In this document: in pieces, positions 1 through 14,202 of the stretch
Position numbering within the stretch: the first letter of the stretch is position 1
How the letters are laid out: each line of letters opens with the position of its first letter
Source of the DNA: Lingula anatina
Lineage: Eukaryota > Animalia > Brachiopoda
DNA length: 64,000 nucleotides
Reading direction: 5' to 3'
NCBI GenBank assembly: GCA_051362555.1
Contig: CM120649.1
Span: 8,680,001 to 8,744,000, forward strand
The notes under the pieces: model-generated
Told to the model about the DNA's origin: nothing
What the model saw: the letters and a program-made list of their open reading frames with translations, nothing else
The model's database searches: none
Position numbers and translations under genes: made by a program

Positions 1-866
1 GGTAGCCATGAAGGCTTCTGGAGAATAACTGTTTTCCACCTGTATTTAGAAAAGACTTCGAATTCCTAGAAAAAGAGGAGGTAGGCTGAAAGGGATCATG
101 CAATAGCAGAGATGAGAAAACCATGTGATTAACAGAAAAAGTGGAAGCTATTGGCATATACAAAATTGCATAATGTCACTGTAAGACAAATAACTCCTCA
201 CTGTCAGCTAAACATTTTTAAATATTAGTGTATAGAAATGAGATCTTTCAGAAAAATTGTGAAAAAGTTATTCCATTTATTGACTGAGGCAGTTGATAAT
301 GATTTATTTTGTAAAACTAAACATTAAATAAATTGTTGGATAATTTGCCCAAATCAGCGACTTATTTAAATGAAAACAGTTATTAATTTCAAAAATTATA
401 AAATCTGTAGGTATGATTATGTGGATATAAAGAAAGGTTGTGTGATGATCCTCTTTAATACAGAGTTCAAAGACCTAGATGATGTCAACACTGGATAGGT
501 GTTTATGCAGGTGAGTCATGAGTTTGCAAAAACAATAAGCATTGCCCTCTTTTTTATCACTTCAAAATTAGTTTAGATGAATTCCTGCTTTAAAATGGCA
601 ACTCCATTGCACATCTTAAATTGTTTTTATAGTTATAGAAAAAGATCCAAAGAACAGCTTAACTTCTGAGATATTACCATAATTGATTCCACTATTTCTA
701 AATGATATACAATTATTTTTAGTTCATAACACAATTGTTAGAAGTCTATGCCTTTTTTTAAATTGTAAATATACACCCTCAGATAAAACTAACACTTAGT
801 CTAATAACTTCATTTTTAATATTTATTCACTTAAACCTCTCTCCATAGAACACCCCAAACTTTTTT

Positions 867-1079
867 TATTGTCATGGCCTTTTTTATTGTCAAGGTACCC
901 CAGATAGGAACATGTACTGGTACAGGCATGTTATGTCATATATTGTCATAGTCATATTGTCAAGGTACCCCAGATAGGTACATGTACTGGTACAGGCATG
1001 TTATGTCATATATTGTCATGGTCATATTGTCAAGGTACCCCAGATAGGTACATGTACTGGTACAGGCATGTCATGTCAT
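867..1079. repeat. Tandem repeat, 70-bp unit, ~3 copies
   Basis: caaggtaccccagatagg recurs at 891, 961 and 1031 with near-identical intervening sequence. Confidence 0.9.
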
Positions 1080-3127
1080 TTAGAAAAGTGATGTGGTCCT
1101 AGGGACCATTCCCAGACCCTATTGTACTAACTGTGAATCGATCTATCTCCAAGGGGATTCTCACTAAATTGCAATCAACTTAAGGGACGGATGTACCCAA
1201 ATATAGCTAAAAATAGTCATTTTTGGTTTTTAATGTCTAATTATTGGTTAAATGTGTATCTAACGTTTAACAGAATAAAATTTTTACATTTTGAACCAAA
1301 AATATGTTTTTTTCTGAGGATTCTGATGCTGCACACATCAGCACCGGTGGCCTGGTCTATGCCCCGCCTTCGTTGTCAACGGCCGTTGGCATGGGTAAAC
1401 TCGGTGGGCGGACCTTAGCAGCATCAGCAAGTCTAGGGAAACAATAGAACAGGGATGTGCCATGCCCCCTTTGTCATAAACAGCGATCGGCAAAGCAGTG
1501 CCTATTGTTCCACTTAAGCTGTTTTGAAAGTCGCTCTTGATTGTGATCAGCGCTAAGATGAATCTTTTCCGACACATTGGATTTGCTCGAAATACGCGTT
1601 CTCCCTTGAATATTGCTTGTCACACGCGCTCTTTCCATTTTCTTGTGAACTTTTTGAGATATGCAAAAGAAAAGAAGAAAATTCCGTTGCTTGCTACCCG
1701 TGACAACAATCGTCATACTTTCTATCCATTATCGACAACAGCTTGATGCAGTTGTTAGATTTTAATAATCTACATGGGCGTAACTAGGCATACGCACAGA
1801 TGCACTGTGCGTACAATTTTTTGGCCAACCATGCTATTATTTCATATAAATTTTCACGGAATATAAAGAAATCCTCTGCTTATTAAAGTCACCTATATGA
1901 ACAAATCCTCTGTATCAAAATCCAAGAACTAGGTCACACGATGAAGTTGGAGCTGTGTTCCAAGCATAATTAGATATTTTGAGGATACATTAAATGAATA
2001 TGCCAGGAATAAAAAGGCTAAGACCTTTATTTAAGGAGAAAATCTCAAACCTACATTCCCACCTAAAGCAGCTTAGATGTCTGCCATGCCTACTGAACCT
2101 GTTAAGGGGTAATTTATTATCATTTAACAGCTTCAGTAGGCATCCCAGACATCTAAGCCGCTGGAAGCAATTGAGCGAGAAACCCATTGAAGATGGATCA
2201 ATCATGTTAGATCAATCTAGGTATAGGAACCCAGTCTTAATATTTGCTATGGCTACAGGTTTGATGTACTAATACTATTACTAATAGATAATAGTTTTCC
2301 TATAACATGAATTAATATTATATGAATCAATATTATAGAACCTATTTGGGTTTTATGTAAATAGGATGATGGTTTACTCATACTGCCTTTGTTAATGAAT
2401 GGTTGTGTTCAGTTGATAGATTAAAATATTGAAGAGTACAGACACAGTAGTATTGATGGCTGGTCAGAAAACCAAACCAAACCAAAAGATTTGGAACAAT
2501 GGAAAAAAAACATATTTTACTTCTATTATAGACAGACCATACCTGTTGAGGTAAAAATATCTGATTTTTTAAAAGAACTTTACAATTCATGTGTCACCTC
2601 TCTTGCCTATAGATGCCATTGAATCTGCTTCATACAGCGTAGAAGATATTTGTTTGAGTGTATATATACAGACACTGTATTTGTGTCGATATATATTCTG
2701 ATATCATTCTCACAGACACCATAGGTCAACTTAGAGTGATCCATCTCTGTGCTTGGACTCTCGCCAAGTGCAATCAGCTTAATTGAATGACACGTCTCTG
2801 AAGGCATTGAATAGAATACAAAATAGCTGCTGATTATGCAAGCATGTTGGAAACAAGAGGAGACATGTCATTCACTTAACGCTGTTTGCACTCAGAAAGA
2901 GTCCCTGCAAATCTACGATCGATGTTTTGTTGATTTTTCATTACAGAATTTTTGCATATTTCTTGTGGAAGAAGTGAGCAAAAACCAGAACTTGTGGGTG
3001 GTTACTGAGACTCTGGACGCCATCGTTTATCATCTGTACCTGTTGTCATGGAGATCAGTGTGACAGACATACTCCAGACCATATGGTACCACAGCTGACA
3101 GCTGAGGTAAAACTGCTCCCTGTGGTT

Positions 3128-3180
<53 letters not shown>

Positions 3181-4727
3181 TCAAAACAACTAAAGACCTA
3201 TATCAGCAGTAGTTCCATCATATGCGTAGTGAACAATATAAAAAAAGCTTCATGTTTTGCTTACTAAAATGATTCCTGCAGTTGGGTATTTAATATATTC
3301 TTTTACAGTGTAATAATATCTTTATTTCAAGACATATTAATCAATTAAAGCAATGGGTACCTTCTGAAAGAATATTTTGAAATTTTTCCAGATTCATCAA
3401 CAGAAGCCCACCTTCTTATCAGTATGACAGCAAGGACAAATCTGGTTCAGTTCATCAAATACAAGTATTGGCCAGTAGATTAACTTAGACCCCTTTCCAT
3501 ACCTAGATCAATCTAGCAGGATCGACCCATCACCAGGGGAATTTTCACTAAATTTGAGTTCAGATCAAGCAGCTTAGATGTCTGGCACACCTACTGAACT
3601 TCACATCAATCGAAATCAAGTGAAGTTCAATGTGTTTAATTCTGAAAAATAAAAGATAATATACATATCGTAAACTTTGATGTTGTGAAAAACTGGAAAC
3701 AACTCAAAAACTGGAATAGGGAAGAAAAGGAAGCCAATGTTCAGATTTACACATCAGATTCTCGGAAAGTAAACCTACTAATTGTACCACCAGCGTTAGC
3801 GCTGGCGGTACACATGGTTTTAGTCCCGTACGGTCCGTTCCGCCGGTTCCGCCGCCATGTTACTGTTACCGCTTCTCCTCCTAGACGGTAAGGGCCCCCA
3901 TACCCATCTCTTGGATTTAGGTCACCTATAATCTCAACTCGTTCCACGTAAAATTTGGGCTTTGTCGGTATTGGGGTCTAGGTGTGGCATTCATTGCAAT
4001 GCACCCTTGTCCAAAAATGGCAAAATTAAATGCTAATTATCTACCCTACGGAAGGAATTATGGGAAAAATTTCTACAGACGGCTTTCCTAAAGTCATATG
4101 TGTAGATTTCAAATATGCCCTTGGATTTGACCTTTGACCTTTATTTCAAGGTCAAACGGGCCAAAATTTTCAAAAAAATGAATTTTTTTACGAAAAAAAA
4201 TTTATTTGCGCTGTTATTCAGACACCACACTGACTTAACCAGTAATATTTATGGAAAGTGTTACCCTTGGTGTCATCTATCATCTCTGTAAATTTGGGGT
4301 CAATCGGTGCATTTTCACGGGTGTAGCAGCCATAAGATACCGAAACTGAAAACTGTCTCTAATTCGGGAACCTTTAATGCTAGAGACCCATTCTTTTTTG
4401 CATTTTGTAGAGCATGTAAAGCCCAACACTGGAGTTGGTCTCTGTTTTTTTGTATTCCATACGGTTTTCAAGTTACGCTGTATCAAAAAGTACATATTGG
4501 TGGTGAAAGCAAAATGTGCAGTACGGTAATGGATAATAAATTTTGAACTCTGGAAAAATAAAACATAAGGCTTGGCAAAGCAGACAACTTGTGGTCAAAA
4601 ATGACATTATTTCATCAAATTTGAACTTCTGGAACTTCAGAGCACCTCCCATTTCAAGAATTTTGACCAAAATGACCTTTTCTTTATTTTAATTAATTTT
4701 TTCTGTAGGAAATTTATGGCACATTAA

Positions 4728-5064
4728 AGTGATAATAACTCTTCGTTTCGGCCAAAAAATGAATTTTCCTGGAGTAAACAACAATTTTCCCGTACTTACC
4801 AATGGTTAATGAATCCATTTTTACATTCAAAGTTAGTCCCTGGTTTTTTTCTAAAAAGTTTGTTTTTTTGTTAAAATCTCTTAAGAGATTTTAACAGAGT
4901 ATAGCCATCAATGGAGGTCACGTGGTCTAAAGACAAGCTCAGATATCAGAATAATAGCTATAACAGCCGTTTTTGTGGGAAAACAGAATATATTATATTT
5001 TCATGAGTCATTCACAATGTTTTTATTGTGAAATACAGATTTCATACGAAGAGTTATTATCCCT
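4728..5064. mobile_element. Kolobok-type MITE (337 bp) inserted in HINE copy 1
   Basis: TTAA at 4724-4727 and 5065-5068; TIR AG(T/G)GATAATAACTCTTCGT; absent from the matching site of HINE copy 2 (32621-32640); RR..YY termini with TTAA TSD fit Kolobok rather than piggyBac. Confidence 0.85.
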
Positions 5065-5089
5065 TTAAGGTAACTCCGAAATTATAACA

Positions 5090-6395
5090 TTTAGTCCCTT
5101 ATATCTCCAAAACTGGCAGAGATAGGTCCATAGTTACTATTGAAGTTGAATAGGAAGTCATATACTGGCAATCTTACTGTGACCTTGAAATTGACCTTTG
5201 ACCTACTTTTTACCATGAACTGAACTGTGCTAATTTCTGTCTCTTTTAACTCCAAACCTGGCAGAGATAGGTCCTTAGTTACTATTGAAGTTGAAGAGGA
5301 AGTCATATACTGGCAATCTAAATGTGACCTTGAATTTGACCTTTGACCTACTTTTTATCATGAACTGAACTTTGCAAATTTTGGTTCCCTTTTATCTCCA
5401 AAACTGGCAGAGATAGGTCCATAGTTATTATTGAACTTGAATAGGAAGTCATATACTGGCAATCTTAATGTGACCTTGAAATTGACCTTTGACCTACTTT
5501 TCATCATGAACTGAACTTGGCAAATTTTGCTTTCCTTTTATCTCCAAAACTGGCAGAGATAGGTCCATAGTTACTATTGAAGTTGAATCAGGAAGTCATA
5601 TACTGGCAATCTAAATGTGTTCTTGAAATTGACCTTAGACCTACTTTTCACCATGAACTGAACTTTGCACATTTTTGTTCCCTTTTTTTCCCCAAAACTG
5701 GCAGAGATGGGTTCATAGTTACTATTGAATTTGAATAGAAAGTCATTAGAGGCAATTGAGTGTGACCTTAAAATTGACCTTTGACCTACTTTTAACCATG
5801 AACTGAACTTAGCAAATTTTGGTTCCCTTTTATCTCCAAAACTGGCAGAGATAGGTCCATGGTTACTATTAAACTTGAATAGGAAGTGATATACTGGCAA
5901 TTTAAATGTGACCTTGAAATTGACCTTTGACCTACTTTTCATCATAAATTGAAGTTTACAAATTTTGGTTCCCTTTTATCTCCAAAACTGGCAGAGATAG
6001 GTCCATAGTTACTATTGAACTTGAATAGGAAGTCATATACTGACAACATAAATGTGTCCTTGAAATTGACCTTTGATCTTCTTTTCACCATGAACTGAAC
6101 TTTGCAAATTTTGCTTCCCTTTTATCTCCAAAACTGGCAGAGATAGGTTCATAGTTACTATTGAACTTGAATAGGAAGTCATTAAAGCCAATTTACTGTG
6201 ACCTTAAAATTGACCTTAGACCTACTTTTCGCCATGAACTGAACTTTGCACATTTTTGTTCCCTTTTTTTCCCAAAAACTGGCAAAGATACGTCCAAAGT
6301 TACTATTGAATTTGAATAGGAAGTCATATACTGGAAATTTACTGTGACCTTGAAATTGATCTTTAATCTACCTTACTATGAACTGAACTTTGATT
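5090..6395. repeat. 146-bp tandem array inside HINE copy 1 (~9 units)
   Basis: cagagatagg anchor at about 5117, 5262, 5408, 5554, 5702, 5846, 5992, 6138, 6283. Confidence 0.95.
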
Positions 6396-7714
6396 GTACC
6401 ATTTTTAGTTATATATATTTTTTGCATATTTTGAGAATTCTTGTTGATTGCATTTTTTACAGCTTGTCAAGCACAAGACTGGTGTTGGTGTCCCTTTTTT
6501 GTGTGTGTGGGGTCTATATGATCGCGCTTACTCCAGCTGGTGGTACAATATTCGGAGGCGGTATCGCCTCTCTGATCCTCTAGTTTCTCAGGTAAAATAA
6601 TACATTTACAGAAAATAAAAAAAATGGAGGGCATCCGTAATCCAGGGACATCGAATTTTTTCTGAACTAAAAAATAATGCTTTGATTGTCTTTATGTGTA
6701 TTTATTTTATACAGTAGTTACATGTAGCATGCAATAAATTGGCATGGTAGGGTATACGGATATGTATGTATGTATGTGTATGTTTTTGAGAAATATGTAT
6801 GTGAGAAGTGATATGTATAGTATTGTACATTGTAATGTTTATTTTCAGTCTAATTAAAGAAAATATACATACAATTTTTAGAGAACGTACGCGTCTGATT
6901 CTATTTTGAAATATTTATATACATTTTTAATAATCCTTACATAGAATTACATTGATCATATGTTACTGAACATGTCAAACTACTGTCTCTAAGTCGGTTA
7001 TTAAACTCATCACAGGCATCTGTAAGTAGCAGGCCTAGGGGAACGAGATGTGTAATTTAAATGAATCTGCAGATTGTTACTTTTCATGAAATTTGTATTT
7101 GCAACTTATTCAAAATGTTTGCAAACACTTGTAGAAAAGTGTACGGCTACCAGGGTGGTATTATTGGGTAGTGGGTCGAGAGTTCGAGGCCCATCTCGGC
7201 ATGCCTATGGTTTAAGTGCACGCCTCTGTGGTTTAGGGCCGCAGTGGTCGCCCGCTTCGCGGATTAGATTCCCGACACATTTGGAAAACATGACACTGAG
7301 TTCTGTCTTGAGAAATGTACTATTCTTTACATCAGCTACTTTCCAGCTTACATCAGCTGTGGACAATATGTCTATCAATAAATTACTGAGATCTCTAACA
7401 GTAGGGCCGTTCAATGAATTTTGTTTTGGTCATTTCCTAAAAGTCCAGCTTAGGGCGTTTAATGTTTATCTTGTTTTTTTTCCTTTCTAACTAGGGAAAT
7501 AAGATAAAAGTTAATTCAGCCAATAAAAATATTGAAATATAAATATCGGAAATTGTTTTCATTTGAGACATAAAACTATTGTATTGGAATAAAGTACTTA
7601 TTAAAATGCTTCATTTATTGTGAATAAGAGTCAAGTGGCTTCTTGCCTGACGTCCCAAATGCCTTTGAATAAGAATCGCTGTTGTTATTGTGCTTTTTCA
7701 AACTTTAAAACTAA

Positions 7715-7978
7715 AAGAGTCCCATTGGTTATACGTATTTTCGTTACCTGTGAAAGCCACTTTTTATTTCCCCGAGATGCATGAAATGTTTATATGATTT
7801 ATAATGATCTGTGAAGACCCCCCTTCCCGTGACTCGTGAATGTGCCTTTTTATTCTTTGCCCTTTGTGAAACGAAGTATTATACTCGGTGATTCGTGATT
7901 ATCAGGATGTTCGATTTGCATTATCAGTGAGATATGATTTAAGTTTTATTTACTGTGATTTGTAAATTAATGATTTTA
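7715..7978. repeat. Old interspersed ~300-bp repeat family (copies also at ~21727-22060 and inverted at ~46065-46220)
   Basis: Shared motifs gtgaaagccact, ttcccgtga, gtgaaacgaag..attatactcg. Confidence 0.65.
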
Positions 7979-9635
7979 ATAATAATAATAATAATAATAA
8001 TACATTTCTTTAAACCGAGCTACACTTGCGTCTCAGCGCAGTTAACACTTACATATAAAAACTAAAACTACAAAGATTAATTAAAAACTAACATAGAAGT
8101 ATTTAAAACTAAGATATAAAAGTTAACCAATATATTCCTTAAATACAGAGGTGTTTAATTCTTTTTAAAATAGTAACATTTGTTAAGTACGTTAGTAAAA
8201 TTGGACCATAAAATTGGTGCAGCAATCTCAAAACTCCATATGTTTTTAGAGTCGTTTTGGTATCGCTTCGCTTGAGTTGAAATTGATCACTGGAACGAAG
8301 AGTTCTAAGATGAATTGAAAGTTCTATTATATTGTTCACATAAAATGGACAGTCGCCCTTTAAAATTATTCAGTGTGACATGACAATTATGTAAAAGTCA
8401 GGAGTAAAATCTTATAAACTATTCTTTGAGAGACTGGTAACCAATGAAGATCGCGGAGAACTAAGACAATTCCCCCCCGGACAATTCCTCCCCAGGACAA
8501 TTCCCCCCCCCCCCCGGACGATCCCCCCCCCCAAGAAATATATATTTATATACATATATAAAGTAGAAAGTGTAAAGTTTAAAATATTTCATCCATTTTA
8601 TTAATATTTTTAGTGTGATAATTCAACTTCATCCTGAAACAAATTATTTTATAACAAATTCCCTTTTCATTGAGTACAAGTACAGGAAGATTTATTAAAT
8701 ATCTAATCGAAGTATAATCATCTATCCTTCAGGTAAAGGTGGGGTAAACAGATGAACAGGTAAAGAGATATTTTATAAATATTTTAGTGTGGTGGGTGGT
8801 GGGTAGTGGTCAAGCAATTAAATGTGACAAATAGTCACAAGGATACCTGGATAAGCGAGAAAATCTGTTTACCCCACCTCTCCCTATAGATGCACCTTGA
8901 TTCAAGACTTGCTCAATCAAGGGGGGGGGGATGAGAAATAAAGAAATTAAAAGTAACAGTTAATTCATCAAAGGGTTTCCTGGATGAGTGAGATCATCTG
9001 TTTACCCTTCCTTTACCTGGAGATATATACTTTGATCAGATTTTTAATAAAATGTTCTGTACTTCTGTCTTGAAAATTTTATGTACTTGTACTCCATGAA
9101 AACAATTTGTTTAATAAAATTAATATTATCTATCCTTGATTTGCACCATTACTAAGAAATATTCAGAAAATGGGTGAAAAGATTTGAACTTTGTACTCTT
9201 TACTTTATATTTGTATATAAATATATATATTCTTCGGGGGGGGGGGGGGAATCGTCCGGGGGGGAATTATTCGGGGGGGGGGGGGATTGTCCGGGGGGGG
9301 GGGGGGGGGGGGTTGTCCTGATACCCTGGTGTGATGTGGTCGGATTTCTGAGTTTTACGAAGGAGACGAGCTGCCGAATTCTGAATAGACTGAAGTTTTT
9401 CAATTTGACAGTTAGGTATTACGAACAAGAGGTTGTTGCAATAATCAAGTCTAGAGATCACAAATGCATGGATGAGCAGATCTGTTTGCTTGCTGTCAAT
9501 ACGGTGAAGAATCTTAGAAATTCGTTGCAGACTAAAATATGATAATTTACACACTTTGTTCATGTGTGATGTCATGTCACATTTGTTGTTGAAAATTACA
9601 CCCAGGTTTCTAACTTCTTTGCTTGGAGTCTCCAA
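7978..9635 (-). mobile_element. 3' fragment of L2/CR1-group LINE (post-RT region of ORF2 plus tail), split by a MITE
   Basis: Translation RNLGVIF..LIHAFVISRLDYCN..LQSIQNSAARL..HITP (9325-9635) resumes as VLRDLHWLPVSQRIVYKILLLTF left of 8461; (TTA)n tail at 7978-8000. Confidence 0.9.
8462..9325. mobile_element. Foldback-like MITE with tandem-repeat TIRs
   Basis: (GGACAATTCCCCCCC)n at left and its reverse complement at right; imperfect inverted arms continue inward; interrupts the LINE frame between HITP and VLRD; left tip appears clipped, no clear TSD. Confidence 0.8.
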
Positions 9636-10934
9636 TAGAAGTAAAGTGTGTCCCTCAGCAAGGTGAAACTACAGAGCTATACTGGCGCACAGCAGACTTG
9701 CAATTTTCGGGGATTTCAAACTCTTTCCTTTGCTCCCAATCTTCTAAACATCTAAACTGAACAGTCTCCAACCACGAGTGTAGCGTGGATTTATTTTAAT
9801 AATAAAAAAATCTGCCTGCTGGTATAGAAATGTAAGACCGAGACTTTTAAACTTAAACACGGAGCACCCAAAACTGTAAAAAAATATCTTTTTATTGCAC
9901 ATGTCTATACACTGTATTTACTCATTAATGACGTCCAGAGGTTGGCGCGGTAAACAAATACACTGCTTCATTTATAAATAACGACACTGACTATATTTCT
10001 GAATTTAAAGTAAAACAAGAAAAGTATAAAAATTGGAGTAAACATTTGAGTTTTTCTATAAACATCGCTAAATGTACCCAATGCCCAGCAAATGTCAAAA
10101 TTGTATAAGGTTTTACTTTTAATTCCCTGTTTATATTTGAATATGAATAAGCCTTAATTATTATCGTGTAAAGCTCTTTTTTGGAAGAAAATAAAGAAAA
10201 GTCTTCAAACTGTCTTAATTGATGTAAAAGTCTAGGTCACCGCTGTAATCATATCCAATTCGTAAATATCCCTCTCATGTGGAAAGTGGGTGTGACGCTT
10301 ATTTCCCTTTATAGCCAAAATCGAATTCTCCTAGTGGAGCGACTCATCGTGGCATATTTAACCTCGGCCTCGGGCTGATCACTTGCATTATCGAATTCCA
10401 CAAGAATTTCTGGGGTGATATTCTTTGTGATCGTGTACTCAACCAACTCCACACAGTCTCACCACAGCGTTGTGCGGAACTCATGGCACACTAACGAAGG
10501 TAAATGATGTAATTTAAAATCTGGTGGAACTTAATTATATAAAACATATTTTTGGAAACAAGCAAACAAGTAAACAAAAAATATAAATAAACATATAAAT
10601 AATACATACAAATATATAAATAAAAAGAATGAAAGAAAGATAAGAAAAGAAAAAATGAAAAGAAAAATACTGCAAATGGGGTGAAAATTATTTCCTACCT
10701 GCAATTTCACAAAAGTCAATTATTATAAACAGAATGTGACTAAAATATGCTGATCACATTAAGTCTTTAGGTTCTTATATATACTTTATTTTTTTTCACT
10801 CAGGTAGCTGACGCCGGAATAGTTCTTTTACCTCCTCTCGCCTATATTTTAATTTACTTATTTAAAAAATCCCAGGGACAGTCCGCCCTCTACGGCGTAT
10901 TCATTGTTAGACAGCTATACTTGATAACCAGTAT

Positions 10935-11225
10935 GATGATTGACGTTTGATTATATACCTGCCAATCAAGCCATCCACTTTTAATAGCTTTGATTGGCAC
11001 CTCTCAATCACAGGAAGTAAAAGCTCCTTTGCAGGATGATTGTGATTGACGTTTGTTTAACTATCCGTCAATCAAGCTGTCAATTTTGACAGCTTTGATT
11101 GACACCTATCAATCACAGGCGATAAAAGTTCTTTGGCGGTATGGATGTGATTGACGTATGTTTACTTTACCGACAATCAAACTGTCAAATTTGACAGCTT
11201 TGATTGGTATCTATCAATCACGAGA
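10935..11225. repeat. ~105-bp tandem repeat (~3 units), each with an internal palindrome
   Basis: tgattgacgt anchor at ~10938, ~11043, ~11148; palindrome gtcaatcaagctgtcaa-tt-ttgacagctttgattgac at ~11067-11103. Confidence 0.8.
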
Positions 11226-12547
11226 TGTTAGAGTTCTTTTATTCTACAAAGAAATTGTAGGAGCCGTCCACACTAGACAGATTCCCCAGGAACTGAAATT
11301 TTTAAAGTAAGGTTTATACAAAGGAAAGAAAAGCAGGCAAATCTCATATAGTGTCATGTGCTCTCCTTGAGGGAACAAAAGAAAAATATGTGTAGTTCAT
11401 ACATAAGCCAGTATATAACAAAAATAGAAAAGAATGAAAACAGTCACAACTATAATAGCCAACTAAATAAATGAATAAAGGAACAAGGAAATATATCGAC
11501 AGAATTATTTACACATCAAAAATGCATGAAGAAAAAAATAAAAATAATAACCGTGAGGCTTTTTTTTGTTATTCTCAAATTTACTGGAGTAATTCATATA
11601 ATGAAAAATACAGTCCATGTTCGAATTGCAGATATATTATGTTTTTTTTTCCTTAAATTCCCCCGCTTTTTCACTTTTCTGTTATACATTATAATATAAG
11701 ACTTGTTAACGCAATAAATGGAAAACCCCGTGACTTATCATACTGAAATTTACAGAATCGCTGTTTAGCATGAGTATTAGAATACAACCCAAGGGCAAAT
11801 GTCAGCTTTATAACATTTTTGGCGAAGGTTTTACCATGCTCCCCTTTCCTTCAAATGAAATGTGTCGTCTCTCCTGACGCTCTGCTTTCCATTGTTGTTA
11901 TAGCTATAGCTTGCTTGAGTCCGTCTTAACACTTTCTTGCAAAAATAATTTGTAATTTAGAATATACATGCATATTCTGGCGTTAAAGAGTCTAGATATG
12001 ATTTGAGTCGCTACGAGAGAAAATAATAAAGCTTGATAAAAGTATTGAGCAAATGGGCCAATATCATTAATATAAAGCGTTTATATAAATATGTAAAAAT
12101 TTACAAATAATTAGCTTAAGTTGTTTTGGCTTCTCGATCCTAGACAGCGTCTCGACGTGAATTCCCAGAGAAAAAATGTATCGCCTGCAGGGACCTCAAA
12201 TACGGTTACCACTGTTACATGGTACTCTTTTTTCATATAAATGAAATTCATGACATTTGGACACTTTTGAAATAAGTGCATTCAGTACAAAAAGTTCCGA
12301 GCATTAAAAAAATTATTATGAGACTCCGAAGAAATTATAGGAAAAATGATCATATCAGCGCCTTTTATTATTCATTATCTGTCTTCACTAGCACAATGTG
12401 ATTGAATTCATGGACAACGTCACAATCATGTTGAGAAAGACTCTGAGGTCAAATAATGTAGCATTAACCCTGCTGTAACTCAACTTCCTCTATTCTCCCG
12501 GACCCCATTACATACCTGTCAACATTGACACCACCTACCTACGTCCC

Positions 12548-12589
<42 letters not shown>

Positions 12590-14202
12590 AGCCTATTTTC
12601 TTTGGGTACAGTTCTGGAAAGCACGAAATTGCATTCATTAGTGAAAATTAATTAAATTAATTAAATTCTAATTAGCACTTCTGTTTTATGTTTTCTGGTT
12701 CATATTCTGGTTAGTCGCGCAAATAGGCCCTAGTGCATAAATGAAAATGTGCAATATTTCGTGCAAGTCGGCAAACATACTTTATATGAAAATTAATCGT
12801 TGACAGTTTGTGTAGTTCAAAAATAGTTCCATTTGTAACTTATTTTAATTTTAGTTCCTTTCGTAGCGTTGACGCTTTGCCAGTTAATTTTACAGTGAGC
12901 ACTGCGTTTTTAGTGACTCTTTCTCAATAGACGTCATCTTTAAAGTTCATCTTTGTTAATTACTATAGTTGAAACATACGGTAGTTATATAAGTAAAAAA
13001 AAAAAGATGAATCTCTACATTTTTTAGAGACAAAAGTCGTAAAACTTTGTATAACCTGGTATGTTAAAGTTAAAGGACACCGGTTAACACCCGAACGCAC
13101 TCAAAACTCAATTTCCCCGACTCTCCCAAACCTTTTATACTATCATCATACCCTCCCCCCATCACTTTTGTGCCGTTTCATTTCAACATATTTCCTTTTA
13201 ATCTAACTTTCTCTACTGAATGGTTTGTCCATATATAATTTAAACTAAAATAGCATAAAATAACTTATTAGTTCATTTCTTTTTTAACATTTCATCCCCC
13301 TCCCCGTTATGTCTTCAATAACACAATTGGCTGATATTTGTAGAGTCCGTCACAATCATGGTTGAGACAGCATCAAAATCAACACACCGCAGCCTGTGGC
13401 TACCCTCTACCAGGGCCATAGATTGATTTTTCTCTAGATAATAAAAGATGTGTGTCAGGTTAAAGGACAATGTTCATGTAAAAATCCATTTCTCGAATTT
13501 TGAAGATTCATCACTCAATCTATACACTAGAGGTATGTTTTAATCGATCCCCGCCATTTAAAAATTATAAAAACAATCTATTAATAGTAAAAAAGCGTTT
13601 TAGTAAACCTCACCTCAATATGCATAAATGAAGCAACAGATCTGGGTCACGTGGTACTGTGACGACAATTGGGATAAAGGTCTATGAGACTCAACTGAGC
13701 TGCATGTGCAAACAGACAGAATGATTTTGGAAAGTTGTGTTGAACGGAGTTGAGCAATTTTCTTTATGCCTCAGTGTGTTGCCGTGGGATTCACCAAAAT
13801 TGCAGCACTCCTTGACTATCTTTCTTTATCTGTGACGGTCTTCCGTGACTAACTTGCTAACTTTTGGCTAATCTCTGTACTGCAAAGTCAAAAAATGTCC
13901 ACAGCACAATAACTGCGGCTTTGGTAGATGGAAGACTATATATGGCTCAGTTCCCATATTTTAATACTGAGGTTGCTCATTTGAAATGTCTTCACGGTGA
14001 CAGAGAACATATTTTATGTTAGCAAGGAAGATTAAGAGGTTAAAAACGAGCGAGAGAGGCAGGGGGAGAGAAAAAAGTTAAAACAGGTTTATCCGAGACA
14101 TTAATAAAATCGAAAAACAAATTAATTCAATTATAAGCAGGAACATCTTTACGGATGATTGAATTGCACACATATCTTAGAACGTATGTCGGAGATTGTT
14201 AA

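Larger units (their letters stand above)
3781..6584 (+). mobile_element. Non-autonomous Helentron-type element (HINE/DINE-1-like), copy 1
   Basis: 5' subTIR attgtaccaccagc with hairpin (gtaccaccagcg-ttag-cgctggcggtac); 3' subTIR gctggtggtacaat at 6536-6549; stem-loop gaggcg-gtat-cgcctc; CTAG-T end; internal tandem array; highly similar to 31669-34429. Confidence 0.85.

Noticed and set aside
1180-1420. TTAA|GGGACGGATGTACC as a Kolobok end (similar TTAA|RG starts at ~13460 and ~60330)
   Set aside because: No matching opposite TIR found, so the boundaries cannot be supported
5091-5945. ORFs with repeated KSRSKVNFKVT peptides (also 38004-38417, 62823-63261)
   Set aside because: They are translations of the 146-bp tandem unit, which is not a multiple of 3
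7074-7490. 138-aa ORF and a B-box-like gagttcgaggccc suggesting a tRNA or SINE
   Set aside because: No recognisable protein motif, no cloverleaf and no second copy in the window
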